Of a DNA stretch of 64,000 bases, positions 40,637 through 53,511 are shown piece after piece (within the stretch, counting starts at the first letter, position 1; every line of letters begins with the position of its first letter). The stretch spans positions 52,090-116,089 of the forward strand of contig RBZT01000424.1 in assembly GCA_003693705.1 (NCBI GenBank), read 5' to 3'. The stretch comes from Polymyxa betae A26-41. Taxonomy: Eukaryota > Protista > Endomyxa: Phytomyxea. The translations under genes were made by a program, and so were the position numbers. Below the pieces are notes generated by a model. The model had not been told where the DNA came from, made no database searches, and worked only from the letters and a program-made list of their open reading frames with translations.

Positions 40637-43221
40637 ATGGATATCGCATCCAAGCAGACTATGGAAGAGCGAGTTGCAGCTCGCTGGGAACGCATAAAAA
40701 ATCGACGGCAGAAGCAAGGTTATCCACAAGGATGAAATTGCCAACTGGATTTGACCAAAGTGTTAGATGCGGGAGATAATGCAGATATTACATCGCCATC
40801 TGGTGATGTCATGTCCAATAAGTCCATTTCCAAAACAGCCTTGTTAAGTTCTCGAAACAAAATCGGACAGCTGCAGGTTTGATTAGACTAAAAGTGCAAG
40901 AATTATCATTAACAAGTCGTAATTCAATGTAACAGATCGAAGCAAGACGTCAGGTTTCAAATATTCAGTTACGCAGCGACCAACGTGAATATCAACGACG
41001 ACAATCAGATCAGCGTGTACGTGAGCGATTGGCTGTCAGAATTGAAGAAGAAAACAATGAATCCCAAACTGTCATGGAACATATTGAGGCCGGGTGGGCT
41101 TCAATCTCAGAACTGAAAGTTCCTCAGGAGATTGCAGATCGTATCCAACAACAAGAAGACGAATGCAGTAAAGTGCTGAAAGCCAAAGCTAAGGTATTCA
41201 GTATCTATAGGATTCAAAGGAATCTTTTTCGATTTGTACTGATAGGTCAATGAAGAGCTGGAGGCAGAATTGAAACTGAAATCAGATCAATACACAGAGT
41301 TGATGAAAATCCAGGAAGGAGAAATCACTGAATTGCTCCGGGTCATGCATGAGCAATATCATCGTGTACAGCAAGGCTATGAACAAGAACTTGATACAAT
41401 CGAAGCTGCTTTTCTCGAGGAAAGAAGGCTCACACTTGAAGCTAATCGAAAGCAAATTGACGAATGCTTCGAGAACCGTCGTGCGATGGAATTACAGATT
41501 TTGGACTCCAAGATGAAGAGAGACCAGAAATATCAGGTGTGTTAGCCGTTGCCTATTAGTAATGACAACATGCTAAAATCACTCTTTTTAGGATGAGCTT
41601 GACCACCTGCGACAACGGGACACCGAAGATTACAATAAGCTCAAGATGAATCTTGAAAATAATATTCAACTTCTTGAGCAGCAATTGGAAGAAATGAGAG
41701 CAACGTATCAGTTGAATACGGAAAAGCTCAATTATAACTTTCAAGTATTGAAGGAACGAGAAAAGGAGAATCTTGATACAGTTGATCACCAAAAAAGAAA
41801 GTTGAAGAGGTTATCTAAATATCCTATTGTTGGTATCTTTTGGAATGTGACTATTCTAATAGATTGTCTACGACATTGGCAACATTAAGGCAGAAATATG
41901 GAGAGCAGGATCGCAAGTTCAAACAGGAGAATCACGAATTAACTGATGAGTATCGGTAGCGTACTGTTATGATAATGGTTGCAGCAACATCAAACTGTCT
42001 TCAGGCGAATTACAAGACAATACAAGGAACTTCAGCGAAAATTCAGGTCTCACATTTCATTTTATACATTTACCAACAACACCAACGTTCCATAGGCACT
42101 TTGAGAAGGTTGATAATAAGAAATATGACGATATTTGGTCTATGAATCACGAATCTATAATGTTGCTGGTTAAAAAGGTCCAGAGTAACAATCAGGCATA
42201 AGATCAACAAATAATTAATAATATGTCAGGTCTTGGAAGCAGACAAAATCATCCACGAACAGATCCTGTGTGTTCCTTGGCAAAGTCCAGATCAGTTCAG
42301 TCTTTTACAGGATCAAGATCTTGGCATGATTACCAACAATCACTCTCCAAATCGGGCTCCATCACCATCGACGTCTCCAGCCGCTAAACTCGCCTCTTCT
42401 CTACTATCATCGACTGAGTATTGATGTGCATTTCTATTTTCAATTAACATAGCAACTAATTGGTTCCAAAGATCCGATGCCAGATTGCATCAAGTATTAT
42501 CAATTGTGGCTTCTGAAGCCGCCTTCTTGGTTGACGCTAAAACTCAACAAATGGTGGCTGCACTTCCAGAAAACCAGCGATTGCTTTATCAATGTGACTC
42601 AATACTTCATGCGCTTGGTGTTGATTCGAAAGACGACCTCGACGAGATTGTATCGATGCTATATCAGCAACCAGGTCATGATAATAAGCACAGCAATACA
42701 CAGGATACGTCGAATCAGTCCCCTTTCGTACACCCGAACGATTTTCTGAAAGTAATATGCCCTTGAACACAATCAATTTGTTAAGCGACTGGACAGGTGA
42801 TCAGGAAATTTATAGCCAATAAACAATCTAAATCATGCTCCGGTACGGAGACCAAACGTCAGAATCAAGAAAAGCGGCATAAGTTAATCGGTGAAGGTCG
42901 CGAACATAAGAAAACTCGTGACGAGGAATTCTGGAACCGTGTTGGAAACATCATCGATCCTTCGAAAATTAAAGTATTGTCATTGATTCGATTTGTTTGC
43001 AAGAAATTGACAGCTGAACTCAGGTATGGAATACATTGGAGCATTCTTTACTGGAGTACAATCGGGTATTATCAGAACGAGCTGATATCGTTGACGAAAT
43101 CAGACAACTTGATGAACAGAATCAGCAACTCCGACTTCTATTGGACAAATACCTTCACGCTGAGATCAATCAAGAACTAAATATTGCACCAAACCAAGTT
43201 CTACAACTACCAAAAATCTAA
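40637..43221 (+). CDS. DRC1: Dynein regulatory complex subunit 1 (CCDC164)
   Basis: EERVAARWERI, LEQQLEEMRATYQLNTEKLNYNFQVLKERE, EADKIIHEQIL, YNRVLSERA...INQELNIAP. Confidence 0.9.
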
Positions 43222-43262
43222 ATACATCGATGTAAATCTGGATTCGTTCGTTGATTAATGAT

Positions 43263-43688
43263 TTACCAGTCTTCATCTGCTAACACCAGGGAGAAGCCGT
43301 CAACAGCATCTTTCATGGATTCTTCATTGCGATGTTTTTCCTCAAAGTTCGGTGAGTTCAATTGATTCAAAGCTTGCTGTAGTCGCAGAACCTGTTCTTC
43401 GCTTTCGTTGGCAGAAGGAACTTCTGGTTCCTGTAAATAATCTTCTACTGGTTTTGGGGCGCCCAGGGAACGACCTGGTGAATGCGAGCGTCTTCGTTGA
43501 CGATCTCGAGGTGGCGACAGATGACGAGAATGAGCCTCATGGTTAACGTGGCCAGCACCAGAGAACTGACCACTATGATGCTTTCTCGGAGATCTTTTGT
43601 GGATGGTGACATGACCCTGATGCTGAGAATGATTTTGAACTTCATGCTTGCTGGCGTTGTCAGCATACTGATGAAACGATTTGGTCAT
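43263..43688 (-). CDS. Hypothetical small H/R/S-rich protein (intronless)
   Basis: 141-aa ATG ORF filling the gap after DRC1; biased, disordered composition. Confidence 0.55.
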   Translation of the reverse strand: MTKSFHQYADNASKHEVQNHSQHQGHVTIHKRSPRKHHSGQFSGAGHVNHEAHSRHLSPPRDRQRRRSHSPGRSLGAPKPVEDYLQEPEVPSANESEEQVLRLQQALNQLNSPNFEEKHRNEESMKDAVDGFSLVLADEDW

Positions 43689-43961
43689 GTTTTAGAAGTC
43701 TTGGACAAAATTTTCTATCATGCATAACTTCGAACAGGCGCCCAGATGATGCATAAGTGACGTCATGCGTTCATGACGTGTGCCGATACACCATTATCAT
43801 ACTTTCCATTCTCGTGGGTAATTTGAAACAGTCATTGAAACTAACTTTTTGTGAAAGGGCCAATCACACCAGCAACAACCAACAGCACAACCAGCTTGAT
43901 AGATATATTGAACGATTCCCAATTATATATCAGTAATCTTTGGCTTGACAAAACAAACACA

Positions 43962-44318
43962 TTAGGATGGGTTCACAACTGGGCCGACAAATATATTTTG
44001 AGCCCAACTCTGGGAAGAACTGGAATAGAATACGGCCAACCAAACAATCCAGATTGCAACGAACGCCACTAAGGCCATGAAAGAATTTTTGACATCTGAA
44101 GGAAATCAACAAAAAAACAAGCTTCGTTGAATAACATTACTATTTCTAGCTGATGAAGATTTGTAATACAAAGTAATATTGAGAAGCAAGAGAACTGGGA
44201 GAGCGAGCAGCCCTAAGATGAAAAGAATAGTAGACGATCGGTCGATCAGACGCTCCCTGATATCAGGAATGAGTCGGTCATTAGGCTGGTCTTGATCTGG
44301 TCCTCCTGGTTGCTGCAT
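43962..44318 (-). CDS. Gamma-secretase subunit PEN-2-like
   Basis: FILGLLALPVLLLLNITLYY, then after a 45-bp intron (44096-44140) VKNSFMALVAFVAIWIVWLAVFY...SW. Size and pattern match PEN-2 (GFAFLPFLWLVN...S...W). Confidence 0.7.
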
Positions 44319-44519
44319 CAGGATCGGAACAGAATGAAGTAAAGATAGAGAGATGAATGAGACACAGCAGAGACAGAGCCGATTGAAAGGTGAAACGTTG
44401 TAGGGTTTGACCAAATGATGTATTAGGGTTTATATGACTGTATGATTTACACAGTCTGATACATTACAGTTAATGGTGTTACATTGCATTCATCTACATG
44501 TCAGGTTTCCACATTAAAC

Positions 44520-45510
44520 ATGGTTCATTCAAATATTACTTTAGATCTGGCTAATGATCTCAATCTATCAGCCAATACTCATGATCTACATCCCATCTAC
44601 TTTCTACTTCTTCTCACAGCTATTGCTATTGCCATGGCTTGGAAATCCAAGCCATATATTACCTATTTGAAGAAATGTAAAGCCCAATATATACCGCTCG
44701 ATCTCACTCCCAATCTCAATTCGCCTTCCATTGTTGTTCCGTCTGCCACCACAGAGAAATTTGATTCTGATAAGGGAGATAATGATCTTCTAGCTGAGGT
44801 GGTTAGATCGATTTCTTCCCAATCGATGATATTAAGCGCTATTGAATGTCGCCAACTAAACGAAAATCTTCCAGTTCGGCTCGCTTCTAAATCCTGGTCC
44901 TTGTTATACAGCACAGCAGTACATGGCAGAAGTTTAACCTGCTTCTATCGCAAAGCAGAAAGCTTATCAAAAGATCGCTCTGTGATTCTATTGATCAGGT
45001 TGATATTTTGAACTGTATTGAACACATTGTATAATTATACCTATAACTAGAGATACTCTTGGAGGTGTATTTGGTGCATTCTGTCCTGTACCATGGGTTC
45101 AAAGCTCTACTCATATTGGAAATGGTCTGCATTGCATCTGCTCATTTATCGCAGCGTCCTGATTAATTCTCCAGGAGAGACATTCGTTTTCACTTTAAGA
45201 CCTAAGATAGCCATGTTCCCTTGGTTGGACTTTCATCTTCGTTTGTGAAATTTATTGATGAACTATTAGGACTAGGAACAATGCCTTCTTTGTTGTTGGT
45301 CAGAAGAGATATATAGCTGTCGGTACGTGACAGTTTCATATTCTTTGCAAGATCAATAATTATATAGGTGGTGGATCTAGATTCGCGTTGTGGTTAGATG
45401 AATCGTTTGAGAAAGGCTCATCCGGCACATCTGAAACCTTTCATAATCCTGTATTGAGCACGACCCCATCTTTCGATTGCTGTCTAATGGAACTATGGGC
45501 TATATCATAA
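44520..45510 (+). CDS. TLDc (OXR1-like) domain protein with N-terminal hydrophobic segment
   Basis: WSLLYSTAVHGRSLTCFY, GGVFGAF, GETFVF, FALWLDESFEKGSS..SETFHNPVL. Confidence 0.88.
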
Positions 45511-45647
45511 TAATATCTTCGCATGTCGTTTATTTATGAAGTCTAATGAAAACGGATTAATGAAATAAATCTGTTGATATAATAACTTTAATCGGAGTGG
45601 GTCCCGCTCCCATTGAATTCATTTCTCTTTGGGGTGGTCCTTAAATC

Positions 45648-48353
45648 ATGACACAATCAGATCTTGATGATGAGGCTGTCATTCAGGAATTACAACAACG
45701 TGTTAATCAAGTCAATACAGATCTTAGCACATGTCAGCAGCTAACAGATCAGATGGTATATCAGTCACTAATTCTCATCATTAACCTATTCATCGCTGAT
45801 TCTGCAGTGTGACGTCTTTAATGGCTTCCAACAAAGGTTATCAATGCTTGAATCTACTATGCTTCCTATTCATAAGCAGACACAAAGTTTAACTATTGCT
45901 CAGAAAAGTACAAATTTACTGTCGACTTTATGCATCTGAAACACCATCGCAGATATTGATCGGACGATCGAAGAAGTCGATTTAATTCAAAGAAATACAA
46001 CCATTGCTGAAATTCCTGAACCAAAAGTTGATGAAAAGTATGTGATTCTTCTGATAAGATTAATTGGTTGTGAGAGTTTCATTTGTAGAAGTATTGCTCA
46101 TAACTTGGAGCAATTCTGCTCTCAAGTTGATGAGATATTATCAGCCAGATCATTCTTTCAGGCTCGACAGTTCCTGCCAAGTGCTAATAAGAATATCCAA
46201 GCTTGTCAAATATTATTAAAGAGATGTGTCAAGGTGGTCGCTACGAATGGCTCTGGAATTTGTTATTGTATTGACGAGCTTTCATTTGTACAGTCTTGTG
46301 AGAATGAGTTCAAGAATATCATTGAAACTGACAGCAAGAAGATCGACTTCTCTCAGCTTCCATGGCCGCTTCCGACTGATTACCAACCGGTATTAGATAG
46401 TATATTAACATTGTGAACTCATGTAATTTTAGCATATGATGTTTAGATATCGAGCTCTACTTTGAATAAGCTTGGATCATTAGCAGCGTGCCTTCATAGA
46501 TGTTCTGCTGGTGATGTATTTATCAAACATCTAATACAAGTTCGTACAGACACAGTTCGTGCGTCATTAGAGACAGCAAGTTCAACAAACAAGGCATCAT
46601 CTGGTTCTTCTGATTCTATCACTGAGTAATTGCGATTATTATCAGGTTAATATTCGTAATAGCTCATTGTTGTATATAGGGACAGTCAAAGAATGGCTCA
46701 AAAGATGAAAAGTAAACTATTAGGTGTTAAGAAAAAAATATCTTCAGAGCAGTATGAGAGAGGGTCCCATGTCTTTATCAAGTTTATGCAGTTCTTATTA
46801 TTTCTTATTAAGGTATTATTCTATAGTAGTTCACCTAAACTTTTATAATATTTGCTGCAGATGGAGCAGACCTTTATTCAAGATCTGTTTGCTTTAACAC
46901 AATGTCCAAGTTCTGATATGCGAGCTTGTATAACATCAATCACCAATAGGTAGAGTTTGAATTCTATTGTTTGGCTCATACTGATTAGAATACTAAGTCT
47001 GTTTGATTGCGTGATTAAAGAAGCAGAAGAGTTGATGAAGAAGAAATCGGACAGCAAAGTTCTCATTCTTCTAGATATCCTGGATAATTTGAATTCCATT
47101 ATCGAGATCCATAAACAGCAGGTATAAAGTCAGACTTTCAAATAGTCCTGAATAATGAGCCCACAGGATTTGAATTCTCTCAAACTTGTCGCTGGACAGT
47201 TTGTCGAAGCTATACAGAAGGCTATTGATTACAGGAAGGAGAAGATTGCCCATTCTTACTCGAAGCAGCAGTTTCCTGTTGATGGAGGTTAGAAGACATG
47301 CATTTGATATCAAATTCAATTGAATCAGTATTGGTACAGGATATGACACAATTACTATTCAGACGATGAACTTCATATCGCGATTATTTGAATATAGGTG
47401 ATTCTATATGATCTGTATTCTGATATATTTTCATACTTCTGCCAAGACCTACGATTGAGTCAAGCTCGCCACCGCTCCCTAAAATTGAAGCTGCTATTAG
47501 CGTATTCTTGACTGCTTTAAATTCCAGGTAAATCTGTATTGCTCTTTAAACTGTTCGTTACATATATATGCAGTTTAGAGCAAAAGGCTCGTTCTTATAA
47601 GAATATCTGGTCGGTATCTGACATACTTCATTTATGATCTAATGTTGACCTTATACATTGGCAGCTTAATGCATATATTTCTCATGAATAATGCCAATTA
47701 TATACTGAGGAATATCAGAAACTTACCCGACCTGTCCTCCATTCTTTCCAAGCAAAAGATTATCTCTGACATCGAACAACAATTTAAGTTGGCATTGGAA
47801 GCATATCGGCAGACAACGTAAACCATGATTGTGATGGATAAGCAGTTATTCAATTGTAATAGATGGTTTAAATTGTTATCGTATATTGAGAAGAAGGATG
47901 ACATCGGTGATCTATCAGGTCCCTTAAGTCATCCCCAGAAGAAAGCTATCAAGCAGAGTTTCTCGGTATGATAGATGCTGACTAATGAGAAGAGCTGAAT
48001 TGAAGTGCTGCCAGGGATTCAATGCGACATTTGAAGAGCTGTATAGCACTCAGAAACAGTTTTCTGTTCCTGATTCAGATCTAAGAAGTCAACTACGTAA
48101 TACAAATGTGGAATTGATAGTTCCTAAGTATCACATATTTCTAGAAAGGTCTTTCATCTATCTTATTTGAAATACATGCATAATCCATCCAATTCTGTCA
48201 GGTTTTCTAATATCGAGTTCTCTAATCATCCAGGAAAGTATATCAAGTATCATGTTAGTGTTCTTGAACAAATGCTCAATAAATTCTTTGATGAAGAGGT
48301 AAATTGGTTTTGTTATCCTTAATAGGTTATTTGTCTAAACTCCTTAGGCTTAA
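45648..48353 (+). CDS. EXO70: Exocyst complex component Exo70
   Basis: N-terminal coiled coil with MLPIHKQTQSL; IFLMNNANYI; FNATFEELYSTQKQFSVPDSDLRSQLR; HPGKYIKY...MLNKFFD. Confidence 0.9.
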
Positions 48354-48675
48354 GCGAGCTGCACCGCATACAGAGTTCGTTATTTTTCTTTCTTGTTCAA
48401 GCATTTTACTGGATGTTAGCATATGAAATAACGTCAATTCGTTCTGCTGTGTCTGATGAAATGAATTGTGTCGGTCCGTTCCAATACAATTCAGTGAGAT
48501 GTTCTTCTAATAACTGTATCAGTAAATGTCATTTCATTTACCCATTTTGACTGGTTGGTCCCATTGAATATTTCCAAAACCGGAACCTGAATGTTGAGTC
48601 AACATGTTGTTATCTATTGTCTAAGTGATTAACCATATTGGATCATTTAGGAATTAAATCAGCATTAAGAACACG

Positions 48676-48843
48676 ATGCCATCATCATCTTCATCATCTG
48701 CCTACAAAGCCAATGAATTATTCGTTGTAGCTATGGAGTCTATGCCAACTGTTCAAATGGCTCAAGATCAATATGAGCAACGCCCCAAACAAGCCGTTAA
48801 ATTCATAATCGACTTGAATGATGTCCAAGATCATGCTGCCTAG
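48676..48843 (+). CDS. Possible 55-aa small ORF
   Basis: MPSSSSSSAYKANELFVVAMES...QDHAA* in an otherwise unexplained spacer. No homology recognised. Confidence 0.2.
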   Translation: MPSSSSSSAYKANELFVVAMESMPTVQMAQDQYEQRPKQAVKFIIDLNDVQDHAA

Positions 48844-49022
48844 AAATCAGCCCGAATAAAGCCAAGCAATTTCAGTTGATAGATGTGAAATAAGTAGTTA
48901 ATTGTATTGATTTGTTTGTCAATGCATGATAGTACAAGATCTGTATGATTGATCGAGATGAGGAAGATATCTCCATGAGATAATCTCGGATATGGTCATC
49001 TAGATTGATTCGATTTGAAGAG

Positions 49023-50273
49023 ATGCTTGATAGACCTATCACTATCCAATCATTACCTGCTGAACATCACCAATTCATTCGTGATCTTCAATCTGGGCAA
49101 GTACCACAAGATCTGCAGAAATCTCTATCACAATACCTGGCTGTATTTCGCCATGAATCACGAATATATTCGCCATTATCTTGGGCAGCTGCTCACAATA
49201 ACATCGATGTCGTTAAAGCCATTCTGTCGTTACGATGTTCAGAACTGTATAAATGCAATCAGACATGCAATACAGCTCTGCATGAATCTATTCGCTCTGG
49301 TCATCTGGGTCTTGTGGACATGTTGATCTCATCTGAATTGTTCCAAATCGATTGTGTTGACGAGGAAGGTTATGCAGGAATACATTATGCAGCCAGATCT
49401 GGATCTGTACAGATTATTGAATTATTACTAGATGCTGGTGCTGATCTTAATCTATTCTCATCACATGGTCTTTTACCATTACATTATGCAGCTGAATTTG
49501 GACATTTGAGGGCTCTTCAGTACTTACTAGATCAGAAATCTGCAAACATTCCAGATCGAACAGGACGTCATTGGAATATATTACATCGTGCTGCACGATA
49601 TGGTCATATACATCTATGTCGGTTTTTAACAATCAGATCTATTGTTGATATAGATGAGACAGATTCTTCAGGATATACAGCATTAGATCTAGCTAGGAAA
49701 TATGAACAGCATTCGGTAGTGGCGTTGTTCGAATCGATGCGAAAACTGAATGAATCACGACCTGAGTATTTATCAGATCGTTCGTCGATCGACACAGATC
49801 AGGAGGGCGACGTTATTGGAGAGCAGACGATGATTAGAAAGAGAATACCAATCCTATCTGGAACTATATCGAAATCAGATTCAATTCAGGAATGGAAATC
49901 ATCTCAACGAACATCAGACATGATTCAATTGATGTCAAAAGAATTAGCAAATATTCGAACATTACATTTACGGCAGGTAACAAGATTAGAGGCGGTCATT
50001 GCTGATAAAGATCGAACTACCAATGAAATGCAGCATAACCTTCGTGTTCTACAGAATAAGATTGATAGACAGAAGGAGGAGATTGATCTATTACGTGGTG
50101 AGATTCGTCAATACCAATCTGGAAATAAGCAACACTTAAGACCAATTATAGAAGGAAATAATAGAAGTTCAGGATCTGGAAGATATACAAGAATACAAGA
50201 ATCTCATACTGGAAAACATTCTATTAAGATTGAATCAGTTAAACACTTTCCAAATGTCACTGACAGGAACTGA
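49023..50273 (+). CDS. Ankyrin-repeat protein with C-terminal coiled coil (intronless)
   Basis: SPLSWAA, TALHESIRSGH, GIHYAARSGS, LPLHYAAEFGH, LHRAARYGH, TALDLA. Confidence 0.9.
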   Translation: MLDRPITIQSLPAEHHQFIRDLQSGQVPQDLQKSLSQYLAVFRHESRIYSPLSWAAAHNNIDVVKAILSLRCSELYKCNQTCNTALHESIRSGHLGLVDMLISSELFQIDCVDEEGYAGIHYAARSGSVQIIELLLDAGADLNLFSSHGLLPLHYAAEFGHLRALQYLLDQKSANIPDRTGRHWNILHRAARYGHIHLCRFLTIRSIVDIDETDSSGYTALDLARKYEQHSVVALFESMRKLNESRPEYLSDRSSIDTDQEGDVIGEQTMIRKRIPILSGTISKSDSIQEWKSSQRTSDMIQLMSKELANIRTLHLRQVTRLEAVIADKDRTTNEMQHNLRVLQNKIDRQKEEIDLLRGEIRQYQSGNKQHLRPIIEGNNRSSGSGRYTRIQESHTGKHSIKIESVKHFPNVTDRN

Positions 50274-50370
50274 TAAACTTTATCATTATACAACTACCAA
50301 TACAGATATCATTAGTATAACTGATTCATTCATTGATTATCACTGATTATAGAATATTGTTGTATGGGAT

Positions 50371-51771
50371 CTATATATTGGGTTGATCAGATTCAGGAGC
50401 CAAATTCTTCAATAATAAGCTGATGAAATTTTGAATGCGTTGTCGCCCATCTATGATGATGCTTGCAGCGAATTGATAGATAGGATGTTCCAATGGAAAT
50501 AATTGATATTTGGAACGAATATACTGATCACCATTTGGAGTGAAATCTTGACATGCGGCTTGATACATAATAGAGGCCAGTACTCGCAGGTTCTCGATAA
50601 TATTATTCTGAGTAGGACGTCTACCAAGCCCATAAGACCAGGGTTCAATAATCATCCCAACTAGAACCCGACTTATAAAAAAGTTTAATATCATGAGAAA
50701 CTTGGCCTGATCTGACAATGGCTCTGTAGCACCATGATAATCAAACTGAAGTGCTGATTTTTCCGAATCTACCAGATATTGTTCTGGGAAATAATTACCA
50801 GCTGATAGCAGATAACGTTGAACAAATTGTACAAGAGGTTTAGGGATCTTATCAGGCATCGATATTAAATCTAGTAATCGATCTAAAATATACTTTACAC
50901 GAACTGAGATCTGAGTTAGAGCTGTCGCCTGCGATCTAGCCAAGAATCGCGATAGGAACGACGCCGTACTGGCCCGCGGATGTAAAGTCAGATCAAGATC
51001 TGAACGTGATATCAATAGACTAGTTAGAGGATGTTTTAGTGCAGGTAAGAACCATGCTCTGGTCATATCTTGATAAATATCAACAATATCATTGAATTCT
51101 TTGATATGAGATTGACGTTGTTGTATATGACGATTATTGAGACGTCGTCGAAGACGATATGTGAAACGTACAGTATGAACTGCAGATCGTAATAGACGCC
51201 ATCCATGAGGTCGCCCTAATACAGAGCTATTAAGTGCATTTAGCTGTCCTATCAAATCAGCATCAGCATGATCTTCATCAACTAGTTGCTCATCTACGGA
51301 ATCCAGTAACGGATCGACAGGGATCAGTACATCGTCTAGCAGTTTTGAGATCGAATCTTCAGTCACTCGTTGTATAGGAGATTGGATTGGTTCAGAAACG
51401 GGATTTGATGGCTCAGTACGAGATATGGTCTGAAATTTATCTTGCAGTTGTATAATATCAGACGGTTTATGAGACGATGTGACTCTATCACAATCACTAT
51501 CCATAGACATGGTTCTATCACTAAATAATGGTATAGATCTTGCTAGCAGATTTCCATAATCGAATAGATCTTCTAGTTGACGCCGTCTATATGTCTTCTA
51601 TAGAACACATAAATATATAAGAATATGAATACTGATGAACGATACTCGGATATGATGTCTCAAAGATGTTCGCTTCTGTAAACTATTCAATAATAGACGA
51701 TTCTGAAGCTCCAGAGACATAATCAGGCCTGATATTTCCCCTGATATAACATCAATATCATTCCGCATCAT
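50371..51771 (-). CDS. Hypothetical protein
   Basis: 379-aa ORF extended upstream by a short exon (MMRNDIDV...). Confidence 0.65.
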
Positions 51772-51844
51772 GATCGGCTTAGTAATATACAAAGGTCAGC
51801 GATCTGACAGGTCGTACCCGCCCTGACCAGGTGCGATCATTCAT

Positions 51845-52759
51845 CTATATCTTAAAGACCGAGATAATATGATCCTGACCAGCTGTAGCTATCAAACTTG
51901 AATCTGGATCTGAGAAGCAGACATCGTTGATCTTGTCCTTGTGCTGGTCCAGTACGGCTACAAGACGTCGTGATTTCCAAGTATAGATGAGGGCTTTGTT
52001 CTGCCATGTACATGCAGCAAATAATCGATTATCAGATCGAGAAGATAATCGATTAATACCCGAATATGTCATATGAATATCAGGACCTTTAACTGGAGAT
52101 TCAGTTCTGTCATTATACTGACATGATATAAGATGACGACTTGAAGATCCAGATAATACAGCTGATAAGTATGGATTATATATCATAGAAAATACTGGAC
52201 TATGATATAACTGTATAGAATGTAATGGTTCTGAAACATTCCTAATATCCCAATATAATACATGACCAGATTCACTTCCAATACATAATTGATAATTATT
52301 CATCCAACATAGTGACATAGGGCGACCTTTATCTTCATCTAATTCGATCGTTATAGAATTGATATGATCAGATGAAGCAGAATATTGTATACGACGAATA
52401 CAGACACGACGATCAGCACAAGGACCAGCAAATAACGTCGATTCGGGATGTAGAGCAAATCTACAGAATGAAAAGACAGGATCTGTAGTGATATCATATA
52501 AGTGTTGTGATGTAGCTAAATGAAACAGGGAAAATTTAGAGTCTCGTCTCTGAGCAATAATAGTATCATTATTGGCTATATCAACAGATAGAATAGGTGT
52601 AGAATCACATGAGATTACATGTGATCTTCGACTTGATGCCTGCCATATTCTTATCTGACCTTGTTGATCAGAGGATATAAGATATGGATCAGTGTGATGC
52701 GTATAGACTAGAGATGTTATAGAAGATTGATGAGCACGAAGTCGATATTGTAATGACAT
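51845..52759 (-). CDS. WD40-repeat protein, ASA1/GNB1L/DSE1-like (intronless)
   Basis: N-terminal LRAHQSSITSL; C-terminal GINRLSSRSDNRLFAACTW...YTWKSRRLVAVLDQH...IATAGQDHIISVF, as in the ASA1/GNB1L family. Confidence 0.8.
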   Translation of the reverse strand: MSLQYRLRAHQSSITSLVYTHHTDPYLISSDQQGQIRIWQASSRRSHVISCDSTPILSVDIANNDTIIAQRRDSKFSLFHLATSQHLYDITTDPVFSFCRFALHPESTLFAGPCADRRVCIRRIQYSASSDHINSITIELDEDKGRPMSLCWMNNYQLCIGSESGHVLYWDIRNVSEPLHSIQLYHSPVFSMIYNPYLSAVLSGSSSRHLISCQYNDRTESPVKGPDIHMTYSGINRLSSRSDNRLFAACTWQNKALIYTWKSRRLVAVLDQHKDKINDVCFSDPDSSLIATAGQDHIISVFKI

Positions 52760-53511
52760 GACAATATGATTTGAATGAGATACAGACACAGAAATATGCG
52801 TACACATTTCCTAAAACAACGCAGAGATTTATACAGATGTGAGATGTATTGCATATTACTGTATTTATTGTGAGATTTCAATGAAACACAGAAATATGCG
52901 TATACAGTAGGTGTATGTATCATATGTCTACTGCGCATCTTTTGAATAATATCCCTCTGTACTGTAACACAGTCTATCAAACCTCCAACATCCATTCCAC
53001 CGTTGCTATTTACGATCGTTACCTTTCGATTGTGAAAGTCAGAAATTGAAAACCACGATTTGAGGTAATACTGGTACAGTAAATAGTAGAAATTGAAGGA
53101 TAAGAAGCGCGACGAGGATGATATCTCAAACCTCTTTTGAGCAACACATGACCAGTTAGAAAACTCTAGGTATGTATTAAAGATACTCGAGCGAGCCCTA
53201 CTTCGATCAGTTAATGAAAGCAGGACCCCATCGCTGGATTTCGAACCTTGAACTTTTTTCTGGGATCCAAGAGTCCAGGCTGTACTCAAAGATGCAGTGA
53301 CTCATTCTATTCCGATATTCCTGGCAATGTATATCGATCTCTATAGACTATTCTAGAGAACAATGGACAGATTCCGGTTCGGAGCCCAGTAAGGAGTTCA
53401 TTCGGAAGAATCGGTTACCTCCGAACAAATCACTGCAACCGCGAAATCCAAATCTGTTTCCCGAGTCGTCTTTATCATTCCCAAACCAATCCCCGACCGC
53501 ATCGATCAGCA

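Noticed and set aside
52717-53289. 190-aa minus-strand ORF
   Set aside because: Non-ATG start, atypical composition, and out-of-frame overlap with the WD40 gene start. The ~20-bp direct repeat inside it (ACACAGAAATATGCGTA) is too short to interpret.
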